Shown here piece by piece: positions 51,275 to 64,000 of a stretch of DNA of 64,000 bases. The DNA comes from Lama guanicoe (Eukaryota). A model generated the notes under the pieces. That model saw only the letters and a program-made list of their open reading frames with translations, had not been told where the DNA came from and did not search any database. The stretch spans positions 1,067,015-1,131,014 of the forward strand of contig MU054049.1 in assembly GCA_013239625.1 (NCBI GenBank), read 5' to 3'. Position 1 is the stretch's first letter. The number at the start of each line of letters is the position of its first letter. The position numbers were made by a program, and so were the translations under genes.

Positions 51275-51404
51275 TAGGGTCTCCAGGTTTCACAAATAAA
51301 AATACAGGATGTCCAGGTAGATCTGAATTTCAGATGAACGGTGATTTATATTTATCTGAAATTCAGATCTAGCCGGGCATCCTGTATTTTACCTGGCAGC
51401 CCAG
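51275..51404. mobile_element. MER53-like palindromic hAT MITE, internally deleted
   Basis: tagggtctccag...aaataaaaatacaggatg...tgaatttcagat / atctgaaattca...catcctgtatttt...ctggcagccc; flanking 8-mers caccagct/tacaagct (6/8 match, TSD-like). Confidence 0.85.
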
Positions 51405-54400
51405 TACAAGCTGGCAGTAGGCAAGCCTGACTCTGAGTGGATGGTGGTGTCCAAGACACGTGGGTTTCCTGGGACAGGGTCCCTCGTGGTTCAGCTGGGG
51501 AGTTTTTTTCTCTCTTCCCTTCTGACTCCATCACTGGGATCCTGTTTCAAGGTTATCCCGGGACACAGGCTTTGACTGGGGAGAGCCATTGGGAATCCTA
51601 GCAGCAGACAGCTGCCTCAGCCAACTCCAAAGCGAACACACAGCAGGGCCCAAGTTTAGGGCCCTTCCTGATCCAGGCCTTGCAAGGGTCCTTCGGAAAG
51701 GAAGGCTGTGATGGGTAACAGACTGCCGAACATACATGGACTCACTCTGACAGCCAAGTTTCACCAGTGGAAAAGCATGCTTGTCCCAGGAACTGTGTGT
51801 TTTGAAGTGACTTCATCAGCAAGGTCACTCTTTGTGGGCACTCAGATGAGCTTGACCCCGAGAGACGAAAAGCCACCCTAGGTCGGCATCAAAGCCCGCC
51901 CACTCCTGGGCCCTGGGCGGGAACGGGTAGGCAAGGTCAAGGCGCTTTCTCCGGTTTGGAGCAAAAGCCCTCCTGTCTTCTGTGTCCTGGCACACTTCTC
52001 ACTCCTGGAAGGCACCGATCGTCTAGACATTGTATAACTCCTCTCCCTGGAAATTCACTCAAAAATAACAAGTGTGCTTCCCCTGAGCCTTTCTCAGGCA
52101 ACAAGCATTTTAAGTAAGTTTGGTTTGGAGAACAAACAGCCCTGGAGCTGTACCCGATGCCAGGAATCCCCTCCAGCGGTTCCTCAGCCATCTACAAGAA
52201 GGATGATTCCCGCTGGCGGTGATGCTGAGGCATCCCAGGACGGCCCTCCACCCAGGGAGTGCTGGTGCTTCACAAGCTCCCCCTTGGCCCTCAGTCCCAC
52301 GTGTTACTGCCTCACCTCGGCCTGTTATGAAGGGTCTTCTCACACGGGGAGGAGGGAGATGGAAGTAGAAGCAGTGTCAACTGTGAGCTTTACGTCCCAT
52401 CTGATCTCATCCGAGCAGGTCTGGACTTGTGCAAGCTGCTTCTCTTTGCCTTAACCTAATTCAAGACAGTCTGGACTGCAGCACAGCATCCCAAAAGGCC
52501 TGAGCCAGGTGGAGCAGGTGTGCTGCCAACCTACTGGGTTAAGGCCACTTGGAAGCTAGTCGTAACAGGTCTGAGCTTATGTTAGCTGGAATCGGTCCAT
52601 TGGTGACCAGCCCAAACTGGTTGAGATAGTCTAAACCAGTGTGAGATGATCAGAGGCGATTTTCTCTGCTTTGGGGGGTGGCACAAAGGCAGTTGTATTA
52701 GCTTGAGGTCTTTTGACTCCCATGTTGAAGTCTGATGTGACTCCTAGTTATTCGGGTTCCAGTCTATCTATGGCACATTGGCCCATCCGAGTTGCAGTCT
52801 CCACAATACTTCTGAATTGGCTTCCCCTTCCTTCTTTTAACTGCCTCTTCTAGTGTCACAGCTGGTCCAAGCCTTTGGAACCAGGAGAACCAACAGTCTC
52901 CTGCTTTGTCCTTACAATAAAAGATGAATTGTAGCTCCCAAGGGGGTGAGCACAGAGCCTCTATCTGGGGGAGTATGCTTGGCTCCCCTGTGGGAGCCTT
53001 GGGATCTTTGCTTCACCCCTGTTGGTGACGAGGAAAGGCTCCTCACTGCATTCTTAGCAGCCCGAGGCTTCCAGCCCCCAGCCCCAGCATGGACCATGAA
53101 GTAGGGGAGACGAAGAGAAGGGGAGAGGCACAGAATCTGGGCAGCGGGGCCCTTTTCACTTATCCGGGAGCAGAGAAGTGAGATTGGCTTGTATTTCCAG
53201 AGCAGGTGTACAACCAAGAGTCAGCTTAAGAAAGTGCATGCTCTTCTGTTCTGCATTAAGCAGACTCTGCCTCTGGCCTGTTATGGGAATAAGCCAGAGG
53301 GATGTGCTTGCTCGATGACTTGGCCAGGGAGGGCTTCGACGTGGAGAGCTGGTGCCTGTGCGGGGCACCCCTTGTGTTGTGATGGAAGGTGGGTACAGCG
53401 TTCCTTGGGCAGTGGCCTGCCCTCTAGGCACGGTGCAGAGGGATGTGGGCAGCCTAAGAACTGCAGTGTGGCATATTCTGATTCCTGGGCATAAGCTTTC
53501 CTTTATTCTCTTCACATTCTTATGAAGTTCGGGCTGGTCTTAGAATTGATGTCTACCTCTGCTGTTGCTGTCTCTGCTTTTCTGCCCCAAACCTGCCGTT
53601 ACTATGATAGACTCTTACCATCCAGAAAATATGATATATGGGCAGTGTGACCCAGGCACAAGTCGGCTATGTGCCCTGTTATCCCGACTCCCTTGGGGTG
53701 TGGGACTACTGTTGACCAGAGCTGGGGGCTGGCCTCCCAGGATGCTGTAATTCTCAGGAGTCTCACCTACCGGGAGCTGGTGTCTGGGAGCCTTCCTACA
53801 GCTGAGCAGCCGGGAAGCCATCCCGCTGCTGGGGCCAGGCCCCCAGTTCTGCCCTGTCACGAGCGCCCGTTGCTTTCAGGCCTGAGCTCAGACCCAGCCG
53901 GGGGGTTGGGGAGGGGAGGGCAGAGCAAGGCAGCCAGCTTCCCAGTGAGGGCACAGTGGCAGTGCCACTGCCACCGCTGCTGCATTTAATAAGGAACTGA
54001 AATCAAGTGCTGTGTTAATTAAGTCACAGCCCGTGTGAAGTCGGCCGTTACCAGCGGTGGGGAAGGGTTTTCTGAACCACCTGAGGTGAGATGGCTGGTT
54101 TTGCATACAACGTATGCTAACTGCGGAGAGAACCAAGGGCCGTGGGTAGCACTTGGCCCAGGCTGATCAGCTGGGGGCTGGGTGGGTGCCAGCCCGGTCC
54201 GGGTGGAGTTGGGTCCGCACTACAGGTGTAATTGTTACTGCGCTGACTCAGTGGGGAGTAAGAAAAGGCCCAGGTGATAGAGTCAGGCAGACCTGGGACG
54301 AAGTCCTGGCTCTAGAACTTTCTAACTGGTAGTGCTGAATACCTGAGCCTCCGTTCCTCCTCCTTTAAAGTAACCCGACTTGGGCTGATGGGGGCAAAGT

Positions 54401-57400
54401 GAGATTCATCATGAGAACTGTTTGCTGCTTTTGAGGGTTCCGTACGTGTGCACTCTCCTCCCCTTCAGAGCAGGCAGCACATTGTATGTGGGTTTTATTT
54501 GAGTAAAAGACCATATCCTACAGGAAGGAAAGCTAACGACTAGTCTGGGTCAGCCCGTCCTCAGTGAAGAGGGAGACGGAGGAGGCAGCTGAATTGGTAC
54601 CTGGGCTTCCCAAGTCCATGTCGGAGCCGGAGGAAGCCGCGTTGGCCCCTTGACTCCTTTGGTGGTGGTGTTGCCTAAAGACCGCCCGGACAATACTCTC
54701 GCTGCTTCCCTCCTGCCCCGTCCCAGGACCCCACTCCTCCTCACTTCCCCTCGTACCTCCATTTCCATGTCTAGTAACTTCCAAATCCTTCTTTTTATTT
54801 TTTTGAACCCATGGTTACCTTCCGCATGGATGCTGGGATTCGGGCCCAAGCCCATGATTGCTCCCGAGTTCCCGGTGTGTGAAAGGGAGGGAGCCGGGCT
54901 CTTGTGGTACCTCTTCCCGTGTTCCTGGCCTGCGACGCATCACACACATACACATTCACACTCACCCACACTCTCTCACATCCACAATTTGCAGAGCAGG
55001 GCATGGGAAATTAAAGGGACTAAGAGACCCTGCCTCCCTGCCCCCAGGTCCTCTTGGTTCTAAAGCTAAGGCGCTTTCCACTCACTCTGCACGTGGCCTC
55101 TTTGACGGACAAGCACCAGCCGCTTAGGCCAACTGATGTACCAACAAGGTCCTGTAAGTGAACTATTTACCTGGGGTGCTTTTAAATTCCTGGAAAGGTT
55201 ATCTGCAATGAGACGGGATCATCCCCCTGCTCATAAAACCAGTCCCGCAGTTTGGATGTGGTGGGTTGATTTGGGTCAGACCCACTGGAGGGAAGAATAG
55301 ACGTTCTAGCACACGTTATCAGAACAGCTGTGTGTTAAGTTTCTTGCAGCCCATGCAGTTACTGGACTTCCTGGGGGTGCGGGTCAGGAACTGAACGGGC
55401 TTTTTCCAGCATAGCTTCCCTCCCATGTTGGAGAGGGGTTAATGAGTGTTGCCACTGGAATGTCTACCCAGGGCACAGGTGCGCGTAGACGCCGTGTCTT
55501 CATGCAAAAGGAATGGTGCCTTCCATGTATACGCTCCTTTCAAGGGCATTTCCGATTTTAATTGCTGGACCATAATTGAGAACTTTCCTCTGATTTTAAC
55601 TTCTGTCAGTGTTCAGCAACAGTCCTTGTCGGCTACATCTGCTTTCATTATTTTGCTTTTAATTTTGATTCCTCTCTTAGTAAAATTGAGCACCTCTTAA
55701 AGCGTTTTTCTTGAGGAAAGATGTCCAGGGTTATATTATTTCTGAATGTTCAGAATGTCTTTCTGGTGTCGTTACATATGAGTGATGTCAGCTAGCCATC
55801 AAATCCAAAGACTGTAACCTTTTGCCTCAGAAACGTCCAGACTGAGAGGCCTCGTCTTCCAGCTTTAACATCACCTGGGAAACATCTTCTGCCTTGTTGG
55901 CAAAGGAACAAGGTGGTTCCTTTGTTCATAATAATAGCCTTGCTATTAGTTCTCTGTCTGTTTGAATACACAGAGAATTCATTATTCTTGATATTCAAGA
56001 GTGTCTGCAGAACAGATTTAGGAGCAGATATCAGTGCAGTAATTTTCTCTTATCACTTCATCCAATCTCCAGACTTAATTTGATTGTCGCTTTCTTTCGT
56101 TTTGGACTTTCTTTATGGGGATGCTCTGGGAACCTAGATTGTGTTTCTCTCCCTCTCTCTTCCTTCTGTCTCCTCTTCCTTTTCTCCTTCCTTCTCTCCC
56201 TGAGAGTTAAGTCCTGGTGGGACTCCTTGCTGGCAGCCCCCGGAGTTTGTGTCCCCCACTGATTTACGATACCAGTAACAAAGCAGCTCCGCTTTCCCTT
56301 CTAGGGAATTTGGCGTTTCTTGTGTATTGCAGAAGTGAGAAAACCCATTCATTTTGAAACAAATGTATGCAAATACATTTATTAATCTAGGAAATCGGAA
56401 AATCAGTTATTGCTTCCTTTATAAATAATACAGGCTTAAGTTTTAAAGATATTACTTTTCCTAAAATGCATTAGACAGCTGTGAAAAAATAACATTTTTC
56501 TTTGTGGTAATATCTTTAACCAGATTTGTAGCACTAACAATATTTCCTATGTATATATTATTTTTATTTAATACAGGTAATCTTTTTATTACCAAATCAT
56601 ATTGTTTCTCAGGAGATTACCATCAGCACTCATAAAAGCTGCAGAAGGAAAATAGGACGACGAGGAGGCATCAATCTCCCGCGGATATAAGACTCAGGCT
56701 GCAAATTAAATACGCGAAACTCTTAATACATTTCAACGAGTGACTTGTTAGGGGCAGATTTATTTAAAAACACTCTCCCCACATTTTTTTTCCATTGCAA
56801 TTTGAACCTAAGCGTGGGCGTCATCCCCTAATTTAAGCCAAGAGCAAAGTGATCTTGGAGGAGAGCCACCTCTTTAAGCTGCTTATGTGCTGTGTTTGGT
56901 TGTGACCCCAGGGGAGTCCCCAACCCTGTGCAGAGAATGACTCACGGGTCTCCCTGGCTCCTCACATCTGACTCTGAAAATTGACCAGCCTGTCAGGATG
57001 CCCAGGTGTGTGGCGAGTTCTCCCTTCTCAGAAAGAGCGGAGTCCCTTGGCCACACACAGTAGATCATTTATACGAGGCCCAGGGATTCCCCTGGATAAC
57101 TGACACTAGTTCGAAGCATGCCCTTTAAAGTTATATCCGTAGGTTTTTACCCCAGTTCTGCCATCCATTGCTTTGGGAAAATCAATGAACTTTGAGGAGC
57201 CTCAGTGTTCTGCCCTGCCAAATGGAAGTACCAGTTCCTTCCTGATGCACCTGCTGTGAGGACTACGAGAGGGCATCTCTCTGTGTGTAAAATGCTAACG
57301 CATTCATTATCCTTCATCTGCCGCTGCTGCTGCCTTAGGTAAATGTTGACGGGAGATCTCAGCCCAGCAGAGTGCAGGGAGCTGCTGGGGCAGAGGCAGA

Positions 57401-58511
57401 CACTGGCATTCTGGTTCTACCCTTTGCTCTTGGGCCACACCTGCACTCTGCAGAGCTTGGCAGAAGGAAGACAAGTTCTGGCTGAACAAGACAGGCCCGG
57501 CTTCAATGGGGACAAGTGAAGTATTGAATCCCAGGGAGGAGGTGTCCCTTGAGTGTCGCTAAACTTCAGCAGACAGACCCAAATCCCAGTTTCAGAACTC
57601 TCTCCTGAAGTTCCTCTGCCCCCAACATCTTCAGTCCTCCGACTGGGACCTCTCTGCTCTTCCCAATGCCCACAATCACCTGAGGAATAAGGGTAGAGAC
57701 AACTGAAGAGATCTGACCATTCAGATGAGAGGAGCGGAGAATCCAAGGGAAGAATTTGTGTTATGTCTAATGTGGTCCAGGCCCAGCTGCCAAGCTCGGG
57801 GCTGCATGGAAACACCTGTGGAAATAAATGGGCCTTGGAAACCAGGTGGGCGTGGTATGTGCTGCACCCCAAGCTGGTCTTGAGGGGCCAGCCTCCCATC
57901 CCTTAAAGCCTGGTGCGCCCCCAGCTCTCCATCCTCAGACCTGTCCTTGCTTGTCGAGGCTGCTGTGTTTGATGTTTCCAGGGCCCTGACCTGACCTGAC
58001 CTGCTTTCCTCCACTGCTGCCCCTGGCCAAGGCCTCGTCCACTGCCACCTTCTCTGTCACCAGGCTGGCAGGCTCGCCAGGGGTCAACTTTTCCAGAAAA
58101 TTTTCCTGCACGTGGAGTGTCTGACCCACTCTCTGTCCTGTCGTGGGTCCTTCGGGTCCTGTCTTTGCGCCTGATTCAGGGCTGGCCCTCAGCAAAAGTG
58201 GGGCATGATGAGATGAACCTTCTGAGCTGAACCTTGATTTCCAAACCAGGGAAACATCACTTCCTTTATTACGTGGGTCCTGCATCCTCCATGGCCGCTC
58301 ACAGTACAGGGTCCCAGGAAGTGGGTGCGTGAAGAGATGCCTGAAGGAACCCGTGTGTGGACTGACCCGTGCACATATGTTGGGGAATGAATGGATGGTT
58401 CTTAAGGCAGAACCCGAGCCTCGGCGACAGAGAGGACAGGCCCACCTGGTGGTGCCTGTGCAGCCTGAATTCTCGCCGTATTCGGCTGATTGTCACCCCT
58501 TTATCTCTCAG

Positions 58512-58665
58512 GGTGGAAGCTTCGACGTGGCAGATAGAATGTTCCACAGCGTGAAGAACGCATGGGAGTCGGCCTCCAGGGAGAACATGAGTGACGTCAG
58601 GGAGCTGGTCCCAGAGTTCTTCTACCTGCCCGACTTCCTGACCAACTGCAACGCCGTGGAGTTCG
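58512..58665 (+). CDS. WDFY4: WDFY4 BEACH exon, GGSFDVADRMFHSVKNAWESASRENMSDVRELVPEFFYLPDFLTNCNAVEF(G)
   Basis: Acceptor tttatctctcag|GGT, donor TCG|gtgagt; 154 nt, phase 0-1. Confidence 0.96.
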
Positions 58666-60229
58666 GTGAGTGCAGCCTGGGCGAGGCAGCGGGGGGTCTG
58701 GGCAGCACCGGGCTCTTTCCTGCAGCTCGTGGGTTGTGACATCAGGATCTTTGCCGGATGACTAAACGCACAGGCCCTCACCAGACCAGTACAGTCGTTG
58801 TGAGTCCTCCACTGGGTAGGAGCTGAGGAAGGACACATCCCCAGGCTGCAGGACCACGGAGCTACCGTTCCACCTATGACCCTATCCCCAGGGGTCTCCA
58901 GGCCTCAGTCTGCAGTGAACTGGCAGCCAGGGGGTAGGAGTCCTTGCTGATAGCTAGGCTGGCACTGCCGTGCTGGATACCCGGGCAAGCCGCAGCCCCT
59001 CTCTGGCCCCATTTTCCTCCAGGTCCCACAAACGGGTTAAGTGGGATCCCATGAGCAGGACCCAGAGATGCTGCATCTCCCAGCACAGATTGCTGGGGTG
59101 TCCGCGGGCACTTGTCTGGGCATCCTTGGTGGCTCCTCCTCTTTCCTGCCTCCAGGACCCACCCCAGAGTGAGCCATGCCTTCCTACCTGCTGCTTTAGA
59201 GGAGGTCCGCTGGGGACTGCACCTTGGGGGCCTTGACGACACATATCAGGGCAACTTGTGGAGAAGGGGGGTGTGGTCAGAGCCCCCGCAGGGCTCCGCC
59301 CCCCCCACCCGGAGGCGGGGGACGAATCCCCCACCCCGAGGAAGGCACTCACTAACCAACACTAGCGCACGCCTGGTGCCCTGGAGCTCCCCTTCCTCAG
59401 GGCACCCCTTCGTCCTCCAAACGGCACATGTGGGCCTGCACCTCGAGCCAGACCAGGTGTGGGCCCAGGGGAGCACCGTTGAGGAGATGCAGCCCCCGCC
59501 TCAGGCCCTCGCCTCGTGTGTGGCGGTTTGCAGACAGATGCCAGCGGGGCATTTAAAGCATGCCCGGGCCCAGGAGTCTGAGCCGTGGAACTTGGTGGCC
59601 TTGGCAGTGTTCAGATTCTCAGATGTTTCACATGCATCAGGGATATGAAAACCTGAAAATATAAAGGGCAGTTCCCAGCAGATGTGATGAGGCCCATGAA
59701 AGGAGTAAGTTGGGGGAGCTGGTGGAAGCTGAATGGAGGGGCTGCCAACTGGCCTGGGGCGAGGGGAGCGCTGGAGGGAGGTGGAGGCGGGCTCTCTGCA
59801 GAAGGGGAGGGGCCTAGCTGCATGCCAAGGACCGAGGTATCCCCAGGGAATTCAGGAAAGCAAGTGGCTATCAAGCACTTACTGTATGCAGGCACTTTTT
59901 AGGCACTGGGGTTTAATTGGGTGTCCTGAGGCGGATTGCCCTGAAGGTGTTTATACTCTGTGGGCACAGGGATAGAACATACAGACAAATCAGTGAAGTA
60001 CTGTCTGATTAGATAGGTCCTATAAGGAAAGAAAGTAGGAAAATGGTTCGAGGTGACTCAGAGGCCCTGTGTCACTCTGGTCCTCAGGAAGGACCCACCT
60101 GAGGAGGTGGCAGGTGAGCTGAGACTGCGTGGTGAGAAGGGCCAGGCCAGCCCTGCGGGCCGGGGAGGGAGAAGTGCTTTCACTCCAGTTGCACCGGGAG
60201 GGCTCTGGGGGGTTTCAGCAAGACTACGG

Positions 60230-60620
60230 CTAACTTTTATTGAGCAACCATCATAGACCTGGAACTAGTGTAGGCACCTTATGTGTATTTTCTCTTTTAA
60301 CCCTTATGCTAGCCCTGCAAGGCTGCAGGTAGGAAAGGTGACTCCCAAAGAGGCTAAGCAACTTGCTCAAGGTTGTGCAGCTCATAGAAGGGAGAAAGAC
60401 TCAGGCTGGGAGCCAGACTCCTCTTCTTAATGTCTGGAGGAGCTCCCTCTGAAAACCTGCTGTCTTCACTTTAAAAATGGAGAGTAAAGGCATAAATCAT
60501 AGAGCTGAATGAAGATTCAGTAAGACGTTGTGTGCCCAGCACCTACCTAGCACAGCGCCCTGGCATGGAGTGAGGTGCTCAGCATCCCCGGTAGTTGTCA
60601 TGGTTACTGTTATCATGTCC
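60230..60620. mobile_element. MIR relics (minus then plus)
   Basis: tttattgagcaac...gaggctaagcaacttgctcaaggttgtgcagct; ttaaaaatggagagtaa...cacctagcacagcgccctggcatggagtgaggtgctcag. Confidence 0.6.
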
Positions 60621-60968
60621 TTATTGTTTGGGCACCGTGTACAAGCCCCCAGATGAAGACACATAGAGTAGAGGGGAGGAAGATGTACAGACAATGATGA
60701 CACTGTAGTCATTTTATGCGACTTGTGAATCAAGCACGGACACTGCCTGGGAAGCAAGGAGGGCCTTGTGGAGGGTGGAAGGGTTAGTGCCCAAATAGGA
60801 ATATTCCAGGCGGATCCGGTGGGCTCACTTCTAACAGAGGAGGCAGGAAGCAGTATGGCCTTGGCAGGAACTGGCGAACGTGGACAGCACAGTCTTTATA
60901 CCCCCTGGTTCCTAGTCCAGTGTGGGTTCCCATTTATCCCAAACGCTGCCCTTTCTCACCCCATTCAG

Positions 60969-61060
60969 GCCGTATGCAGGACGGGACAGCGCTGGGGGAC
61001 GTGCAGCTCCCTCCCTGGGCTGATGGGGACCCTCGGAAGTTCATCAGCCTGCACAGACAG
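60969..61060 (+). CDS. WDFY4: WDFY4 BEACH exon, (G)RMQDGTALGDVQLPPWADGDPRKFISLHRQ
   Basis: Acceptor ctcaccccattcag|GC, donor CAG|gtgagc; 92 nt, phase 1-0. Confidence 0.95.
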
Positions 61061-61544
61061 GTGAGCTGAGTGGGGTCATGGCTGCGTCCCGGTGTCCTGA
61101 ATGAGGACCTCAGTATGCCCTCAGTGTCCACAGACGCTTTCTGTCCAAGCCGAGGGCTACTGATGGGCACTTCTAAGGCCCTTATGTCTGGGGAGCATTG
61201 GGTTGGCAGGAAAAGGCTTGGGTTCTGGGCTCTTTTAAGAGCTCCGTTAGGCTTTCTTGTATTGCTTTGTTGTGGGACTCGCAGGGGGAAGCAAATCCAT
61301 ATTCTTGTTGGATGGAGGGCAAGTCAGTGTCTTTATTCACCCCTACAGTCAAGGCCATACTGCCCAGTATAGATCAGAGAGGGGCTGGAGGCCCAAGGAG
61401 CTGGCCGTGGCCAAAGGGTTTTCCAAGACTAGGGAGGACTTGGCTGATAAGCCCCAGGATCTGGCTACCTTTACCCAGAGAGGCTGATTGGGTAGAGGCC
61501 AGATGCCATTTGGGGATACATACCCTGGATCAGATACCTGGGTT

Positions 61545-62333
61545 AGCATAAACACACGAAAATGTGTTCAACATTATTAGTAACCAGGGAAACATACATT
61601 AAAACCATGAGATGCTACTACACACTCACAAGAATGGCTAACATTTAAAAGACTGGTAAAATCAAGAGTCAGCAAGGCTGTGGAGTGGCCAGAATTCATC
61701 CTGCACTGCTGGTGGGAAAAAAAAAAATTAGTACAACCACTTTGGAAAATAGCTTGGTCGTTTCTTAGAAAGTTGAAGATGCATTTGCCGTATCGCCCAG
61801 GAATTCCACTTGTAGGTACGCACCCAAGAGAAATAAAAATATGTCCACAGAAAAAAAGTGTGTACATAAATATTTATCACTGCTATTTATACCAGTCAAA
61901 AACCAAAAACACCCCCACATGACTGTCAACTTGTAAATGGATGAACAAATGATACAGCCACACAATGATACTCCATTGCTATTACTTCGCAATAAAAAGA
62001 AACAAATTTTGGATACACGAAGCAACATGGATGAATCTCAAAGGCATTGTCCTAAGCAAAAGAAGCCAAAACACAAAGCTACGCACTATGGGATTCTATT
62101 TTGTGACATGTTGGAAAAGATAAACTATGGGGACAGAAAGCAGATCAGGGGTTACTAAAGTCTGGAGTAGGAGGTAAGCAGAAAGGAGTGTAAGAGAACT
62201 TTTTGAATGGATGTAAATATTCTGTGTCTTGATTATGGTGATGACTGACACGACCACATGCGTTTTTCAGGACACATTAAACTATATGTTTAGGGCAAAT
62301 TCTATTATACATAAACTGTACCTAAAAAAAAAG
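61545..62333 (+). mobile_element. Old L1 (L1MB/ME-like) 3' fragment
   Basis: ORF 61680-61922 KKLVQPLWKIAWSFLRKLKMHLPYRPGIPLVG matches the L1 ORF2 C-terminus; 3'UTR motif aacatggatgaatctc; ends in an A-run. Confidence 0.88.
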
Positions 62334-62967
62334 TGGGACAGGCCTGACTAGTAATAATGAAGCTGTGTGCTTTCCTCTGTCTGTCGTTGGCGAGGAGAAA
62401 GTTCTCCTGGGGTTTAGCCCTGCCGCTGGAAATTCGGTGACAGCAGGCATCACACCTCCTAAGGCTTTATGCAGGTGTAGGCTTCTCAAAGCCATTTTGG
62501 CCACGTGCCTCAGAAAATTAACCTGACGGAGGTGACCTGAGTTTCCCAAGCCCAGGTGTAATTCTGCACGTCCCCCCAGAAGATCAATAAGGGGAACCCA
62601 GACAATTCCAAATGATCGTCTGTGGGTTCTGGAGACTAAGGTTTGGAGTTGGGCTCTGCTCAGCAGAAACGGGTAAACTGGGACATCCCAACACTGGTCC
62701 ACATTTCCTCTGGTTCAGAGTTATTTTATGAACTGGATGGGCTGGTCAGACCCATTTTGCCACTAGCTGGAGGCAGAAATTAGGTGGTCCTTCAATGGAC
62801 GGTGTTTCTGCCCGCTTAGTGCGTATCCAGCCCAGGGAGGCATCACTCATTTCTCCTGTGCGGAGCTGCATCCTGAACCACATACCCACTCCTGATCGGG
62901 GCAGAGGGCCCATGAGTCTGTGGGAGGCCTGCGTTTTCATGCTTTCATGCTTGGGTTTTTGTTCCAG

Positions 62968-63180
62968 GCTTTGGAAAGTGACTTTGTTAGTGCCAACCTC
63001 CACCACTGGATAGACCTCATTTTTGGCTACAAGCAGCAGGGGTCAGCCGCAGTGGAGGCTGTTAACACCTTCCACCCCTACTTCTACGGTGACAGAATGG
63101 ACCTCAGCAGCATCAGTGACCCCCTGATCAGGAACACCATCCTGGGGTTTGTCAGCAACTTTGGGCAGGTGCCCAAGCAG
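62968..63180 (+). CDS. WDFY4: WDFY4 BEACH exon, ALESDFVSANLHHWIDLIFGYKQQGSAAVEAVNTFHPYFYGDRMDLSSISDPLIRNTILGFVSNFGQVPKQ
   Basis: Acceptor tttttgttccag|GCT, donor CAG|gtacgg; 213 nt, phase 0-0. Confidence 0.96.
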
Positions 63181-64000
63181 GTACGGCATGCTATGTCCTT
63201 TGTCTTGCTTTCTCAAACGAGTGTGTGCAGGGTGAGCTGGGATGGGAGAGAGAGCGAGGAGCAGAGAGGCCTGGAGAACCAAAATGGTCCACATCATCTC
63301 CCTATGCCTTCAGTATCAGGGCTTATCCCTCCATCACCGTGTGATGTTGATGGAGGTGAAGACATCGTTAATGACAGTGATGAAGGATAACATCATTATC
63401 ATTATCTGTGACATGTGTGATAGACACTATGGTAAATCCACAGAATTTAATTCTTTATATATGGGTCTACCCTCTAGGGTTGTTGGAAAGATCCAATGAG
63501 TTAAGACATCAAGTGCTTGAAATATGATAAGCACCCAAGAAATGTTAATTATGCATGTGATGACCTTACTGAATTCTCTCATAAGCTCTGGGTATAGGAG
63601 TTTTTCTTCTACAGATCAGAAAACTAAGGCTCTGAGGGTCTAAATAATAACTTGCCTATAGTTGCACCACTGGCAGGCGGCAGCGGTAGAGCTCCCACCC
63701 CATCTGGCTGGCTCCAAAGCCTACACCATATTGGCACCAGCGTGAGAGCATCCAAGTCCTGCCGGTGCCCCTGGTGAAATGCAGGGGCCTTATGCCGGCC
63801 TTTTGCTCTGCTGGCTCTGTTTCCGTCCACGTAGTCACATGGCAATGTGAGACTGTCCATTCATGTCCCCGTCCTGATGACGGTATACAAGAGAGTTAGG
63901 CGCTTATCTAACTGATCCCTGCCCTGTTGATTCTCAGACTTCCGTTCGGAGTAGAGATGTTTTATCCCTGAGCACAGCCATCTGGGTGCAGTAGCGTGGC

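Larger units (their letters stand above)
49452..52540 (+). repeat. Dispersed 109-bp direct repeat (49452-49560 and 52432-52540)
   Basis: Ungapped alignment, offset 2980 bp, 92/109 identical, last 26 nt identical. Confidence 0.9.

Noticed and set aside
51275..51404. miR-1302 family gene
   Set aside because: The central MER53 segment containing the TTGGGACATACTTA-type mature sequence is absent.
56560..56900. Possible conserved non-coding enhancer (AT-rich, homeobox-like motifs, no repeat recognised)
   Set aside because: Impression only; cannot be supported without a conservation track.
58299..58838. 179-aa minus-strand ORF
   Set aside because: Antisense shadow of the BEACH exon 58512-58665.

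Overview
Mammalian genomic DNA, probably camelid (tRNA-Ala-derived SINE plus a camelid-type L1 3' end). On the + strand are 11 consecutive internal coding exons of WDFY4 (7525-63180). All have GT-AG junctions and compatible phases, and they splice into an uninterrupted 1269-nt / 423-codon frame covering the PH-like domain, the linker and the BEACH domain. The 27.5-kb intron (17660-45118) hosts LRRC18 on the - strand (intact 255-aa ORF, 26680-27447). From sequence I also infer a spliced LRRC18 terminal exon (~23904 downward), two candidate non-coding 5' exons (40918-41015 and 42989-43172), an RFX X-box and a GC-box-rich promoter-like patch (~43.8 kb). The rest is intronic, with old L1/L2/MIR/MER/MLT1 relics and microsatellites. 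I found no convincing previously undescribed system: the WDFY4/LRRC18 nesting is known. The least explained features are a 109-bp dispersed direct repeat bracketing a BEACH exon, a MER53 hairpin with mirrored substitutions, and a possible bidirectional intronic promoter. Repeat family names come from recalled consensus sequences and repeat boundaries are approximate.
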